Part shown: piece after piece, positions 45,938 to 55,115 of the stretch
Layout: each line of letters begins with the position of its first letter
Position numbering within the stretch: position 1 is the stretch's first letter
IMG/VR virus record: IMGVR_UViG_3300044464_000108
Span: 10,405-74,404 of that record
Source of the DNA: a virus
DNA length: 64,000 bases
Direction: 5' to 3' (one strand)
Notes under the pieces: generated by a model
Databases searched by the model: none
What the model saw: the letters and a program-made list of their open reading frames with translations, nothing else
Told to the model about the DNA's origin: nothing
Made by a program: the position numbers and the translations under genes

Positions 45938-47478
45938 AACGATCGGCGGCTCCTCGGAAGGTTGAAGATCCCAAGGCAAAGGTCCAACCAAAGAAGATTC
46001 CCCCGAAGCCGCCGCTCCTCACATCCAAGGTACCCACCAAGGCATCCACTAAAGGCGAGATCGTCAAGATCACACACGATGCCGTGAACGAGCAGGTGCT
46101 CATTGCGGCGGCGATTGTGGATCATCCGATGCGGCGCAAGCTGCTCGGCATGGTGAAACCCGATGCACTCTTTGCAAAGGGGCACCCTGAGATCTGGACT
46201 GTGATCGGAGAGCTCGAATCGCGCGGGCTTGGCTACGACCCCGCGACGGTGCGGCAGCTCTCGAATGGTGCGGTTGATACCGAGTACCTCGACGACCTCA
46301 TCCGTCAACGTCCGGCGCTCCCGCCGAACTTGATGCATCACGTGGACTGTCTGCAATGGGACCGTGCTCGCGTTGAAGCCACGCGCGGTCCCATTGCATC
46401 GCTCCTCGATTGCCTTCGTGATCCGACGTCGGATCAAGAGCGGGTGCGCTCTCTCGCGCGGCAGGTGGCCCAATGCTTTGATGGGTACGGCTCGACGAAG
46501 TACTTGCGCGATCCGGTGCAGCTCGTCGCGGAACAGATGGCGATTATTCGTGCGCGACGCGAGGGGATTGCTTGCTACCCGTTCGGGCTCCCCGGCTTCG
46601 ATCACTACACGAGCGGACCCAAAGAGGGCGAGTGGCGAGTCCTTCCCGGACTCGCGCCGAAGATGGTCACACTCATTACGGGGCTCTCGGGTTCGGGCAA
46701 GACGACGGTGACAGCGCAGATTGCGCTCGCCCAGATCAACGCCGGGCGAAAGGTTCTCTATGGGGCTTGGGAACAAGGCGACGGCATGACGCTCGAGCTG
46801 CTCGCATCGATCAGCCTCGGACTCTCACGCTCGCGCCTCACGTCGGGCAGCATCACGGACGAAGAGGAAACCATGCTTCGCGAGGAGATGGATCGGATCA
46901 CGGGGCTCGTTCGCTTCTTCGCGATGCCCTTTGGTAGGGTCAAAGGTGAGAAGCAACAGAACGACAAGAACCTTGATCTGATCCATCAATACGTTGCGGA
47001 GTCCGGGTGTGAGATCTTCATTGCCGACCTTTGGCGGTACGCGCTTCGTCAGTACGAACCGGACGAAGAAGAGCACGCGCTGAAAAGGCAGAAGGCAATA
47101 GCGGTCGAGACGAATACGCATCACATCTTGATCCATCAACTGCGCGGGAAGGAGCTCGAGAACCGACCCGACAAGCGACCGACCCGCGAAGGCATCAAAG
47201 GGACGGGGGCATGGATCGAAGTGCCCGACAACATCCTTGGTGTTCATCGTCCGGCGCTTTGGAAGAACGTGGACGACGTGATCCTTGAGTCGATCTTGCT
47301 CAAGCAACGTCACGGGATCTGGCCGCTGGCCGTCGAGTTCGATTGGGATCCCGACCTCGGCACGATCACGAACGGGCGCGGCGTCGACTACGCGCGCCCG
47401 GGTGAAGAAACGTCGATGGACGACTTCTTGGACGAGACACGAACGCGCAAACGACCGCGGAAGGGGAAAGCATCATGA
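45934..47478 (+). CDS. dnaB: DnaB-like replicative helicase
   Basis: Walker A GLSGSGKT, IFIADLW, LIHQLR...RPDKRPTREGIKGTGAWIEVPDNILGVHR. Confidence 0.9.
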   Translation: MKRSAAPRKVEDPKAKVQPKKIPPKPPLLTSKVPTKASTKGEIVKITHDAVNEQVLIAAAIVDHPMRRKLLGMVKPDALFAKGHPEIWTVIGELESRGLGYDPATVRQLSNGAVDTEYLDDLIRQRPALPPNLMHHVDCLQWDRARVEATRGPIASLLDCLRDPTSDQERVRSLARQVAQCFDGYGSTKYLRDPVQLVAEQMAIIRARREGIACYPFGLPGFDHYTSGPKEGEWRVLPGLAPKMVTLITGLSGSGKTTVTAQIALAQINAGRKVLYGAWEQGDGMTLELLASISLGLSRSRLTSGSITDEEETMLREEMDRITGLVRFFAMPFGRVKGEKQQNDKNLDLIHQYVAESGCEIFIADLWRYALRQYEPDEEEHALKRQKAIAVETNTHHILIHQLRGKELENRPDKRPTREGIKGTGAWIEVPDNILGVHRPALWKNVDDVILESILLKQRHGIWPLAVEFDWDPDLGTITNGRGVDYARPGEETSMDDFLDETRTRKRPRKGKAS

Positions 47479-47822
47479 GCACACCGATCGACCGATTGCA
47501 GAACTCGCTCGAAGAGATCCGAGAAGAGATCCTCGACTATGACCCGGACGCGAAGAAGGGGCGCGATGCGTGGGACGAACGCCGAATCGACCTCGACGTA
47601 CGTCTCCGGCTTGCGCTCGAGTATGTCGAGCGGATCCGGGAGGTTTACGAGCGCCCTTCGGAAGATCGATCTTCCGAGAGCCCGCAAGAATTCGAAGAAG
47701 GCACGGCGGAACGTTGGCAAAAGGGACCGGGCGAGCATCTCGCCAAGTATCTCGAAGAGAGCCGGCGGCAGGCGTTCATTGACGAGATGAACGGGAAGTA
47801 CAGGAATCCCCGTGCGGGTTGA
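47475..47822 (+). CDS. Hypothetical protein containing palindrome copy 9 in frame
   Basis: ATGA overlap with DnaB; also overlaps the primase start. Confidence 0.55.
   Translation: MSTPIDRLQNSLEEIREEILDYDPDAKKGRDAWDERRIDLDVRLRLALEYVERIREVYERPSEDRSSESPQEFEEGTAERWQKGPGEHLAKYLEESRRQAFIDEMNGKYRNPRAG
47658..47677 (+). repeat. 20-bp palindrome copy 9 (forward)
   Basis: cgccct-TCGGAAGATCGATCTTCCGA-ga. Confidence 0.95.
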
Positions 47823-48798
47823 TATCCCGAAGTTGCTCGAGCGGCTCGGCATCGACGCGGAGCTCCGGGGGCAATCGTGGTGGGCTTGTTGCCCCTACCA
47901 CACGGAGCGGACCCCGAGTTGGGAGATCAAAGACGAGCCGACGAGCACGAAGCACGGCTTCCACCGTTGCTATGGGTGCGGGTCAGGCGGCGGTGTGCTC
48001 GGGCTTGTCGCCCAAGTCATCGGCGCGGACATCGAGCAACGCGAGGGGCTCAAGGCGTCGATCACGTGGCTCAAGGATGCCGGCGCTCAAGTCGAGCGGC
48101 CCCCCGTCATCGAAGCGCACGTCATCTGCAAGCTACCCCGGCGAGCCTTCACGCTTCCCGCCGGGGTCGTCTTTGCTCCGTTCCAGCGATGGGTGTCGAC
48201 CGCGCGGCGCTACCTTGAGACTCGAAAGATCATGAGCGAGCAGGTCGAGCGTTGGGGGCTCGGCTATGCCGTCGATGGTCGTCTCGCGGGACGCATCGTC
48301 ATTCCGGTGCGCAACTCGCTCGGGCGCGTGATCAGCTACGCCGCTCGAGCATTCACGGATGCGAAAAAGAAGTACCTCGCACCCGACAAGAGCGAGGGGT
48401 CAACACCCGGTGCGGTGTTCGGCGAGCAGCATTGGCCCGCTGTCGGCGAGCGAAAGCTGCTCGTGTTGTGCGAAGGCGGCTTCGATGCAATCGCGGTGCA
48501 CAACGTCACGGGGGGAAGCGTGGCGGCGATCTTTGGCTCCGAGCTTTTGCCGGCGCATCTCGCGAAGCTGTCGACGTTCGAGGAGATCGTCAACGCGAGC
48601 GACCCCGATGCCGCGGGTGAGAAGGTTTGGAAAGCTCTCTCGATGGCACTCGCGCGTTGGGTGCGCATGCGTCGCGTCGAGATGCCGACGGGGCTCGATG
48701 CAGCCAAGCTCTATCAAGACGATCCGGAGCGTCTTCGGAGGTTGTTCGATGGCAAAGAGAGCAACGGGCCTGTATCGCTTCCTCGCGTCGCAGGGTGA
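47812..48798 (+). CDS. dnaG: DNA primase (Zn finger plus TOPRIM)
   Basis: CCPYHTERTPSW...HRCYGCG; YLETRK...RIVIPV; CEGGFDA and DPDAAG. Confidence 0.9.
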   Translation: MRVDIPKLLERLGIDAELRGQSWWACCPYHTERTPSWEIKDEPTSTKHGFHRCYGCGSGGGVLGLVAQVIGADIEQREGLKASITWLKDAGAQVERPPVIEAHVICKLPRRAFTLPAGVVFAPFQRWVSTARRYLETRKIMSEQVERWGLGYAVDGRLAGRIVIPVRNSLGRVISYAARAFTDAKKKYLAPDKSEGSTPGAVFGEQHWPAVGERKLLVLCEGGFDAIAVHNVTGGSVAAIFGSELLPAHLAKLSTFEEIVNASDPDAAGEKVWKALSMALARWVRMRRVEMPTGLDAAKLYQDDPERLRRLFDGKESNGPVSLPRVAG

Positions 48799-49078
48799 AG
48801 CCGCTTGGCGGCAGCACATTCTCGACGTGCTCGAGCTTGCGCAAGGCAACGTCACGCGAGCGGCGTACGTGCTCGACATCTCTCGCCGACAATTGATCCG
48901 CCTGATCAAGCGTGCGACTCTCCTTTCGGAGCTCGAGCGGATTCGCGTCGAGAGCTGGAACGACATCGATCAAGCGATCGTGAAACTAGGAGGAACGCCG
49001 TGGACGAAGACACAAAGAACATGGTTAAGGCCATCTTCGGCGGCAAAGATGCCGCCCAGATCGAAGCCGAGCTTTTAA
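48749..49078 (+). CDS. Fis-like HTH protein
   Basis: ILDVLELAQGNVTRAAYVLDISRRQLIRLIK is a Fis/HTH_8 pattern; SD GGAGG. Confidence 0.75.
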   Translation: MAKRATGLYRFLASQGEAAWRQHILDVLELAQGNVTRAAYVLDISRRQLIRLIKRATLLSELERIRVESWNDIDQAIVKLGGTPWTKTQRTWLRPSSAAKMPPRSKPSF

Positions 49079-49158
49079 CGAGTTCGCACGCCGGGACGAT
49101 CAAAAGCCCAAAGGTTCTCGCGGCATATCTCGCGAGCGTGGCAAACGGCGACGAGTGA
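49000..49158 (+). CDS. Small hypothetical protein
   Basis: Strong SD AGGAGG before GTG 49000. Confidence 0.5.
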   Translation: MDEDTKNMVKAIFGGKDAAQIEAELLTSSHAGTIKSPKVLAAYLASVANGDE

Positions 49159-49183
49159 TTCGGTTCGCGTCATGATGTGGGTG

Positions 49184-49510
49184 ATGAGTACTTCACGCGC
49201 AAAAACCGAAGAGAAGGGTGGCTTCCGATTCACCGTGATCGGGGCTCTCATCCCTCATGACCCGAAGGAAGCCGCAAAACAGCTCCAAGCCGTCTACGAC
49301 GCCGAGCTTGCGAAGAAGGATGTTCACTTCAACGGGGTGGGCGTCCGGGTCGCAAAGGTGCTCGGCATTGGCTATGCGACCCTGCAGCGCTGGCTTCTAC
49401 GCCTCGAAGAAGCCAAGTGCCCGGTCAATACGGGGCGCGATGCCTGTCAAGCCAAGCACGCGGCAGCGAAGCCGGTGAAGCGCTCTACGAAGCGTTCCCG
49501 AGCAGCTTGA
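49184..49510 (+). CDS. HTH DNA-binding protein
   Basis: VRVAKVLGIGYATLQRWL HTH; ATG 7 nt after CATGAT. Confidence 0.6.
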   Translation: MSTSRAKTEEKGGFRFTVIGALIPHDPKEAAKQLQAVYDAELAKKDVHFNGVGVRVAKVLGIGYATLQRWLLRLEEAKCPVNTGRDACQAKHAAAKPVKRSTKRSRAA

Positions 49511-49647
49511 AAGAACTTCCCTGACCGCGGAAACCGACCCTTCCCGAAAATAGTTCAGGACGATCACCTTTTCCCTATTGCGTCTAACTCATCATGAGAT
49601 ATATCTCTTTCACCGGTCGGGCAGACCGAGAAGAAAGAGAGACCTCG

Positions 49648-50250
49648 ATGAGCTACGAAAACGCACCCGGGACCGAGTTGATCGCGACAAGCTGCGCATG
49701 TTGTGCGCGCCCCTTGCTCGATGCCGTTTCGGTCGAGACGGGTGTCGGGCCCGATTGCCGGCGCAAGTTCGGCTTTAACGAGGCGCAACAACCGGCGGAT
49801 ATGCAAGGGGCCTTTGCTCTACTCGCGAGCCTTGCGACGACCGAAACGGCCGAAACGTTCCTTGCTCCGTTTCGATGCGGCGAGGCTTCACCCCGTGAGC
49901 TTTCCAACCTGCTGGTGCATCGCATTGCGGCAGCGCAGATCGGCGAGCACGTGAACGCCTACACGAACGCGATACGCGCTCTCGGCTTCGTGAAGCTTGC
50001 CGATCGGATTGCGGAGCGGATCGCGAAGGTCGTGATCGAAGCGGACGCGAACGAGCTCACGGTCAAGGTGCCTTACTCCGAGGAAGCGGTGCACGCGTTC
50101 CGCAAGGTGCCCGGTCGACGTTGGGACCGCGAAGCGAAGGTCTATCGCCTGCCGGCGACGTCGAAGCGTGCTCTCTTCAACGTGCTTCGTGACTTGTTCC
50201 CCGGCGTGACGGCACGCGGCCCGAAGGGCGTCTTCGTTCTCGCCATCTGA
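49648..50250 (+). CDS. Zn-ribbon (DUF6011-like) plus HARP-like domain protein
   Basis: CACCARPLLDAVSVETGVGPDC; VKVPYSEEAVHAFRKVPGRRWDREAKVYRLP. Confidence 0.65.
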   Translation: MSYENAPGTELIATSCACCARPLLDAVSVETGVGPDCRRKFGFNEAQQPADMQGAFALLASLATTETAETFLAPFRCGEASPRELSNLLVHRIAAAQIGEHVNAYTNAIRALGFVKLADRIAERIAKVVIEADANELTVKVPYSEEAVHAFRKVPGRRWDREAKVYRLPATSKRALFNVLRDLFPGVTARGPKGVFVLAI

Positions 50251-50336
50251 TCGCGCGTCGGTTCGAGCTCACGAGCCATTTCGTGAGCTCCGGCAGGCGC
50301 GGGGGAAGAGAGACCCGCGAGAGAGACAGGGGCAAC

Positions 50337-50996
50337 ATGCGACGAATACCGATTGAGCTTTGTAGGCTCGCGAGTGGGGAGATTCGATTCACTGAGTTCG
50401 TGACGTTGACGCTCGACGAGTGGAAGCGTTACGCGGCGAGCCTCTTGAAACGTTGGCAGGTTCCCGCCGCCGTCGAAGTGTCCGACGTCGTGCAAGAGCT
50501 GCTCATGAGCGTGTCGCGGCATCTCGCGATCTGGGATTCGACGCGCGCGGCGGCGGACAAGTTCCTCGTGTGGAGCGCGACGACGGAGACGAAGCGCTGG
50601 CTGCATCGTCAGCGCAGCGCGAAGCGATTGGATGATCGATCCCCGAGTCGACATCCGTTCTCGTTCTCGACCTTTCCTTGGACAGAGCGATCGACTTCGA
50701 AGAGCAGTGACGATCTCTTTACCGCTTCGGATATCAGCGCTTCGCTTGAGGTCGAAGCCGATCAAGATCAGAACATCGAACGATCGGAGTCGATCACTCG
50801 AGTGCTCAAGGCACTCAATGCGAGCGATCAATACTGTGTGATCGCGCTCGTCAGCAAAGGGTCTGTCGACGAAGCGGCTCGAGTCGTATACGACGATGCG
50901 GGCTTTCGTCTCGCGTGTCGATTCCGCGGTCCCGTGGATGCTCGACGCCGGGTGATGCAAGCGGCTTCGAGAGCTGCACACGTTGCGGCTTCGTGA
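50337..50996 (+). CDS. RNA polymerase sigma-factor-like protein
   Basis: Region-2-like SDVVQELLMSV...WDSTRAAADKFLVWSATTETKRWLHRQR; C-terminal helical segment. Confidence 0.65.
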   Translation: MRRIPIELCRLASGEIRFTEFVTLTLDEWKRYAASLLKRWQVPAAVEVSDVVQELLMSVSRHLAIWDSTRAAADKFLVWSATTETKRWLHRQRSAKRLDDRSPSRHPFSFSTFPWTERSTSKSSDDLFTASDISASLEVEADQDQNIERSESITRVLKALNASDQYCVIALVSKGSVDEAARVVYDDAGFRLACRFRGPVDARRRVMQAASRAAHVAAS

Positions 50997-51026
50997 ATGT
51001 TTTTCGCAAAGGAGAGATAGACCACC

Positions 51027-52301
51027 ATGACAACCAACACGCCCGTGAACCATTCGTCGAAGAAGGACAAGACAGAAGCCGACGTCGCAGCGGCGGTCAA
51101 AGCTGTACCGCCGAAAGCCGACTACACGAGGATCGATGAAGCGGTGCTCAATGCGGCGCTTACGGTTCGACAGCTCGGACTCGAGGGAACTCCGCGCGAA
51201 CGCGCTCAACGTCTGATTATGGATCTGGCCGAGAAGGTTCCCGATGGACGTCTCGTCGTGTGCTCCGAGTGCGGGTTCTTCTCGGACACACAAGATCCCG
51301 CGTGCACGTTCTGTGGTACCGGGGACGAACCGAAAACCGCCACGACGAAGGAAGCTTCCGTCGCAGCCGATCCGAAGACAGGACAGAAGCTCGTGAAGCG
51401 ACCGAAGACGACGAAGAAGATCAAGTCCGCTCCGAACAGTGCGCCTTCAATTGAAGGCGAGATCGTTGATGCGCCGGCCGGTTCGGGGGCGATCGTGCTA
51501 CGTGATCCGACCATGATCACGACGACGCACGTGAACGGGAAGTCGAACGGCAAGATCACGCACGCGAACGGCAGCGATCAACTTGATGCCGCCGTGGCTG
51601 AAGTGAAGCGTCTCAAGCTCGAGACGGTCAAGAGCGCTTGGCAACTAGGGATCCAGTTGAAGAAGATCTTCGACGAGAAGCTCTTCCTGCAACGCCGGGA
51701 CTCGAAGGGTGTGCCGGTCTATAAGACGTGGCCCCAGTTCTGTGCGGCAGAGCTCGACCTCACATCGCAACACGCTTTCAAGCTCATGGACGTGGCGGCG
51801 ATCTACTCCGAGAAGCAGATCATGCAGCATGGGATCGCCCGGCTTGGGATCGCGATCCGAGTACCCGAAGCGGATCGACAGAAGTTCGTCGACGACGCGG
51901 CAAAGAAGGGGCTCAACTTGAAGCAATTCAAGGATGCGGCGAGCACGTTGACGGCGGGGCAATCCGCACGTGATACGGGGCGCGGCAAGGGCAATAGCAA
52001 CCTTGCCAAGGCTAAGGCCGGGGCGAAGGCAAAGCAGCCGCACAAGGGCACGGCACCTGCCGCGAAAGCACAGCCGGACGCGCGCCCGAAGATCACGGTT
52101 GCGATGGTGCTCGGTCGCACGAAAGTGCCGCTTTTCGGTCGCCCGAAGAAGAAGGGTGCGGAACCCGTACGCGCGAAGAGCCTCAAGGAAGACCCGCGTG
52201 GATCGGAGATCTCGCCGAACGGAGTAGAGACGACGTACGTGCTGCAAGCCGATGCAAAGGGACAGCTCTTTCTTGTCATCGATCGACATCGCTCGACTTA
52301 G
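51027..52301 (+). CDS. Zn-ribbon and DUF3102-like, Lys/Ala-rich DNA-binding protein
   Basis: CSECG...CTFCG; AWQLGIQLKKI...YKTWPQFCAAELDLTSQHAFKLM. Confidence 0.55.
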   Translation: MTTNTPVNHSSKKDKTEADVAAAVKAVPPKADYTRIDEAVLNAALTVRQLGLEGTPRERAQRLIMDLAEKVPDGRLVVCSECGFFSDTQDPACTFCGTGDEPKTATTKEASVAADPKTGQKLVKRPKTTKKIKSAPNSAPSIEGEIVDAPAGSGAIVLRDPTMITTTHVNGKSNGKITHANGSDQLDAAVAEVKRLKLETVKSAWQLGIQLKKIFDEKLFLQRRDSKGVPVYKTWPQFCAAELDLTSQHAFKLMDVAAIYSEKQIMQHGIARLGIAIRVPEADRQKFVDDAAKKGLNLKQFKDAASTLTAGQSARDTGRGKGNSNLAKAKAGAKAKQPHKGTAPAAKAQPDARPKITVAMVLGRTKVPLFGRPKKKGAEPVRAKSLKEDPRGSEISPNGVETTYVLQADAKGQLFLVIDRHRST

Positions 52302-52325
52302 ATAGACTCGCGCCATGATGAGCGC

Positions 52326-55058
52326 ATGAAGCGCTCGCAAGTCCGTATCGGTTCGAAGCCAGCCCATCCGCCGGCACCTCTGCCCGAGGTCTCTCTTCAA
52401 CCGGCAGGTGGGTTGCCTTCGAACCGATACGTGAACGCGTTTGCGAATGGGGGGCTACTCGTCACCCTGGCTCGAGCGCCGGACGGGAAGTTGGTTCGCA
52501 AGAGTCAGCACGCCGAATATTCGGCCTTCCTTCGCAAAGCCGATCTCACACCCACACTTCAAAGAGAGTTTCGAAACACGAGCTTCGTCACGGGGATGCG
52601 TGACGAAGGGAGCTACGTACGGCTTACTTTTCGTGATCGCCACATCCGCCGGTCCCTTGTCGAGACGAACGGGTGGTTTGCCTCGCAAGGGATCGATGTC
52701 TTTGAAGGGGACATCGATCCGGTCCGGCGGTGGATCACCGATCAGAAGATCGAGATCGCTCGACCGCGCCGCGTGTACTTTGACCTTGAGACCGATTCAC
52801 GCGTGTCGGTGTCCCGTGCGATCACGGGAGAGGCGCGAGTCCTTTGCTGGTCTCTCGTCGATGATGCGGGCAATTCAATTGCGGCGAAGGTGCTCGAGTC
52901 GGACAGCGATCAAGCCGAGCGACAGCTTCTCGTCGAGTTCTTCCGTGCGATCGAACCTTACGATCAGGTGCTCGCGTGGAACTTAGACCGCTTCGACAAG
53001 CCCGTGCTCGAAGGCCGGAGTTACCGCCTTCGGTTGCCGATCGAGTTCCGCACGTGGCTATGGCTCGACCACATGCCCTTGTTCCTCAGGATGAACATGA
53101 GCTCGAGCGAGTCGGGGGACGAGAAGCAATATGCCGGATTGAACGCGGTCGCTGAATCCTTGGGCGTGGGGCAGAAGCTCGAAGGGGTGGACGCTTCGAA
53201 GGCCTATGAGCTTTGGCAAGAGAACCCGAAGAAGCTGCTTGAGTACTGCATTCAAGACACGAAGTTGATGCATGGGATCGAAGCCGAGACAGGGTACATC
53301 GAGCTACTGCAAACGCTTTGCGAGAGCTGCAACGTGTTCCCCGACTCGCGCGGCATCCGCCCTCTAAGGCAGGTCGAAGGCTTCCTCTTGCGCCTCGGCT
53401 CTGAGCGCGACACACGCTTCGCGACGAAGTGTTACGACGCGGTTGAGACGACCTCGGACGATGACGAGGAAGAAGAGGAAGAAGGGCAGTTCAAAGGGGC
53501 TTACTGCATGGCGCCTAAGAAGGGTGTTCATCAGAAGGTCCACGTCGCGGACTTCGCACGCCTGTACCCGTCAATCATCCTGAGTTGGAACATGAGCGCC
53601 GAGACGTGGCGGCCCGATGTGAGGATCAAAGAGAGTGAGTTCTCTCGACCTGTCTACCTGTCTCACATCCCACTGAAGACTTTTCCACTTCCGCCGGGCC
53701 ATTGCATCGCGGCGATCACCGACACCGTGTTCGCGAATGAGCCGAGGGGCATTCTCGCGGATGCTCTTGAAGAGATGCTTCGGCTTCGCGTGCATTGGGA
53801 CGACGTGAAGACGGCGAGCGTTCCCGGCTCGCATGCCTGGAAGGAAGCGGATCGCCGGAGTGCTGCTTACAAGATCGCGGCGAACAGTTTTTTCGGTGTC
53901 GTGGGGTCTCCCTTTGCGCGGTTCTTCGTGCGCGAGATCGCCGAAGCGATCACACAGTGCGGCGTCTTTCTGCTCGAAGAGACCATCAAGGCGGCCGAAG
54001 TGCGGGGGATGAACGTGGTCTATGGGGACACGGATTCTTTCTTCGCGACGGGGTGCACGCGCGAAGAGTTCCAAGTCTTCGTGAAGTGGTGCAACACGGA
54101 GCTTTACCCGAGGCTTCTCAAGGAAAAGGGAGTCACGAGGAATCGGATCAAGCTCGCTTACGAGAAGGCGTTTCACGTCATCGTCTTCACCAAGAAGAAG
54201 CGCTACATCGGGCGCTACTGGCATTACAAGAACACCGATGCGACGGACGATTCGAAGCCTGAGATCAAGGGTCTCGAATACAAGCGCGGCGATACTGCGC
54301 GTCTCGCAAGGCAGCTCATGAAAGAAGTGATCGATCTGCTCGTCGCATACGAGCGGCCGGTCGCAGAGTGCGCGACGGATCCGAATCGCTTCGTCGAGCT
54401 GCTCAACGCGTGGAAGAGCCGTGTGCTCGACAGTGAGCTCGAGCGAGCGGACTTCGTGATGAGCAAGCGGCTCAACCGTGGGATCAACGGGTACGCCATG
54501 AAGGTGAAGAAGGCGCTCAAGCTTGCGGACCGGGCGAGCGTGAAGCTCATCGGTGAGATCGTCGAAGTCTTACGGACTGATGGGAAGATGATGCACGGAT
54601 TGCTCGAGCACATCGGCGGGACTTATATCGGGCTGCTCGACCGGAAGGGGCTCGAAAGCAAGCTTGTCGAGCAGAAGCTCGTCGACACGGTGGCCGGCTA
54701 CCGTGCTCAACCCATCCACGTGACGGTCGCGCGCATGATGCAAGAGAGGGGTGAGGACGTCGGGCAGGGGGTGCGGATCGAGTACGTGATCGTCGATGGG
54801 GCTTCGACGCCGCAGAAGGCCATCCCGGCGGCGGACTTCGGGCCGGGGGTTGCGATCGATCGGTTCTACCTTTGGGAGGATCTCGTCTTCGCGCCGACGT
54901 GCCGGCTCTTGCAAGCCGCCTTCCCGGCGTTCGATTGGACGCCTTGGGCGAAAGTTCGTCCTGTGAAGCCAAAGCCCGTCCAGGGGGCAAAGCGAGCCGG
55001 GAACAGTTCTTCCACCGCACGACGGGCCAAGCCGACGAATCAACGTAGCCTTTTCTGA
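52326..55058 (+). CDS. polB: Family B DNA polymerase with 3'-5' exonuclease
   Basis: YFDLET, WNLDRFD, DFARLYPSII, KIAANSFFG, YGDTDS and KKRY motifs. Confidence 0.95.
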   Translation: MKRSQVRIGSKPAHPPAPLPEVSLQPAGGLPSNRYVNAFANGGLLVTLARAPDGKLVRKSQHAEYSAFLRKADLTPTLQREFRNTSFVTGMRDEGSYVRLTFRDRHIRRSLVETNGWFASQGIDVFEGDIDPVRRWITDQKIEIARPRRVYFDLETDSRVSVSRAITGEARVLCWSLVDDAGNSIAAKVLESDSDQAERQLLVEFFRAIEPYDQVLAWNLDRFDKPVLEGRSYRLRLPIEFRTWLWLDHMPLFLRMNMSSSESGDEKQYAGLNAVAESLGVGQKLEGVDASKAYELWQENPKKLLEYCIQDTKLMHGIEAETGYIELLQTLCESCNVFPDSRGIRPLRQVEGFLLRLGSERDTRFATKCYDAVETTSDDDEEEEEEGQFKGAYCMAPKKGVHQKVHVADFARLYPSIILSWNMSAETWRPDVRIKESEFSRPVYLSHIPLKTFPLPPGHCIAAITDTVFANEPRGILADALEEMLRLRVHWDDVKTASVPGSHAWKEADRRSAAYKIAANSFFGVVGSPFARFFVREIAEAITQCGVFLLEETIKAAEVRGMNVVYGDTDSFFATGCTREEFQVFVKWCNTELYPRLLKEKGVTRNRIKLAYEKAFHVIVFTKKKRYIGRYWHYKNTDATDDSKPEIKGLEYKRGDTARLARQLMKEVIDLLVAYERPVAECATDPNRFVELLNAWKSRVLDSELERADFVMSKRLNRGINGYAMKVKKALKLADRASVKLIGEIVEVLRTDGKMMHGLLEHIGGTYIGLLDRKGLESKLVEQKLVDTVAGYRAQPIHVTVARMMQERGEDVGQGVRIEYVIVDGASTPQKAIPAADFGPGVAIDRFYLWEDLVFAPTCRLLQAAFPAFDWTPWAKVRPVKPKPVQGAKRAGNSSSTARRAKPTNQRSLF

Positions 55059-55115
55059 CTTGGGCGAACCCTGACGGGCTCGCGTCATGATGGGGTCAAA
55101 GGGAGGCTACGAGCG

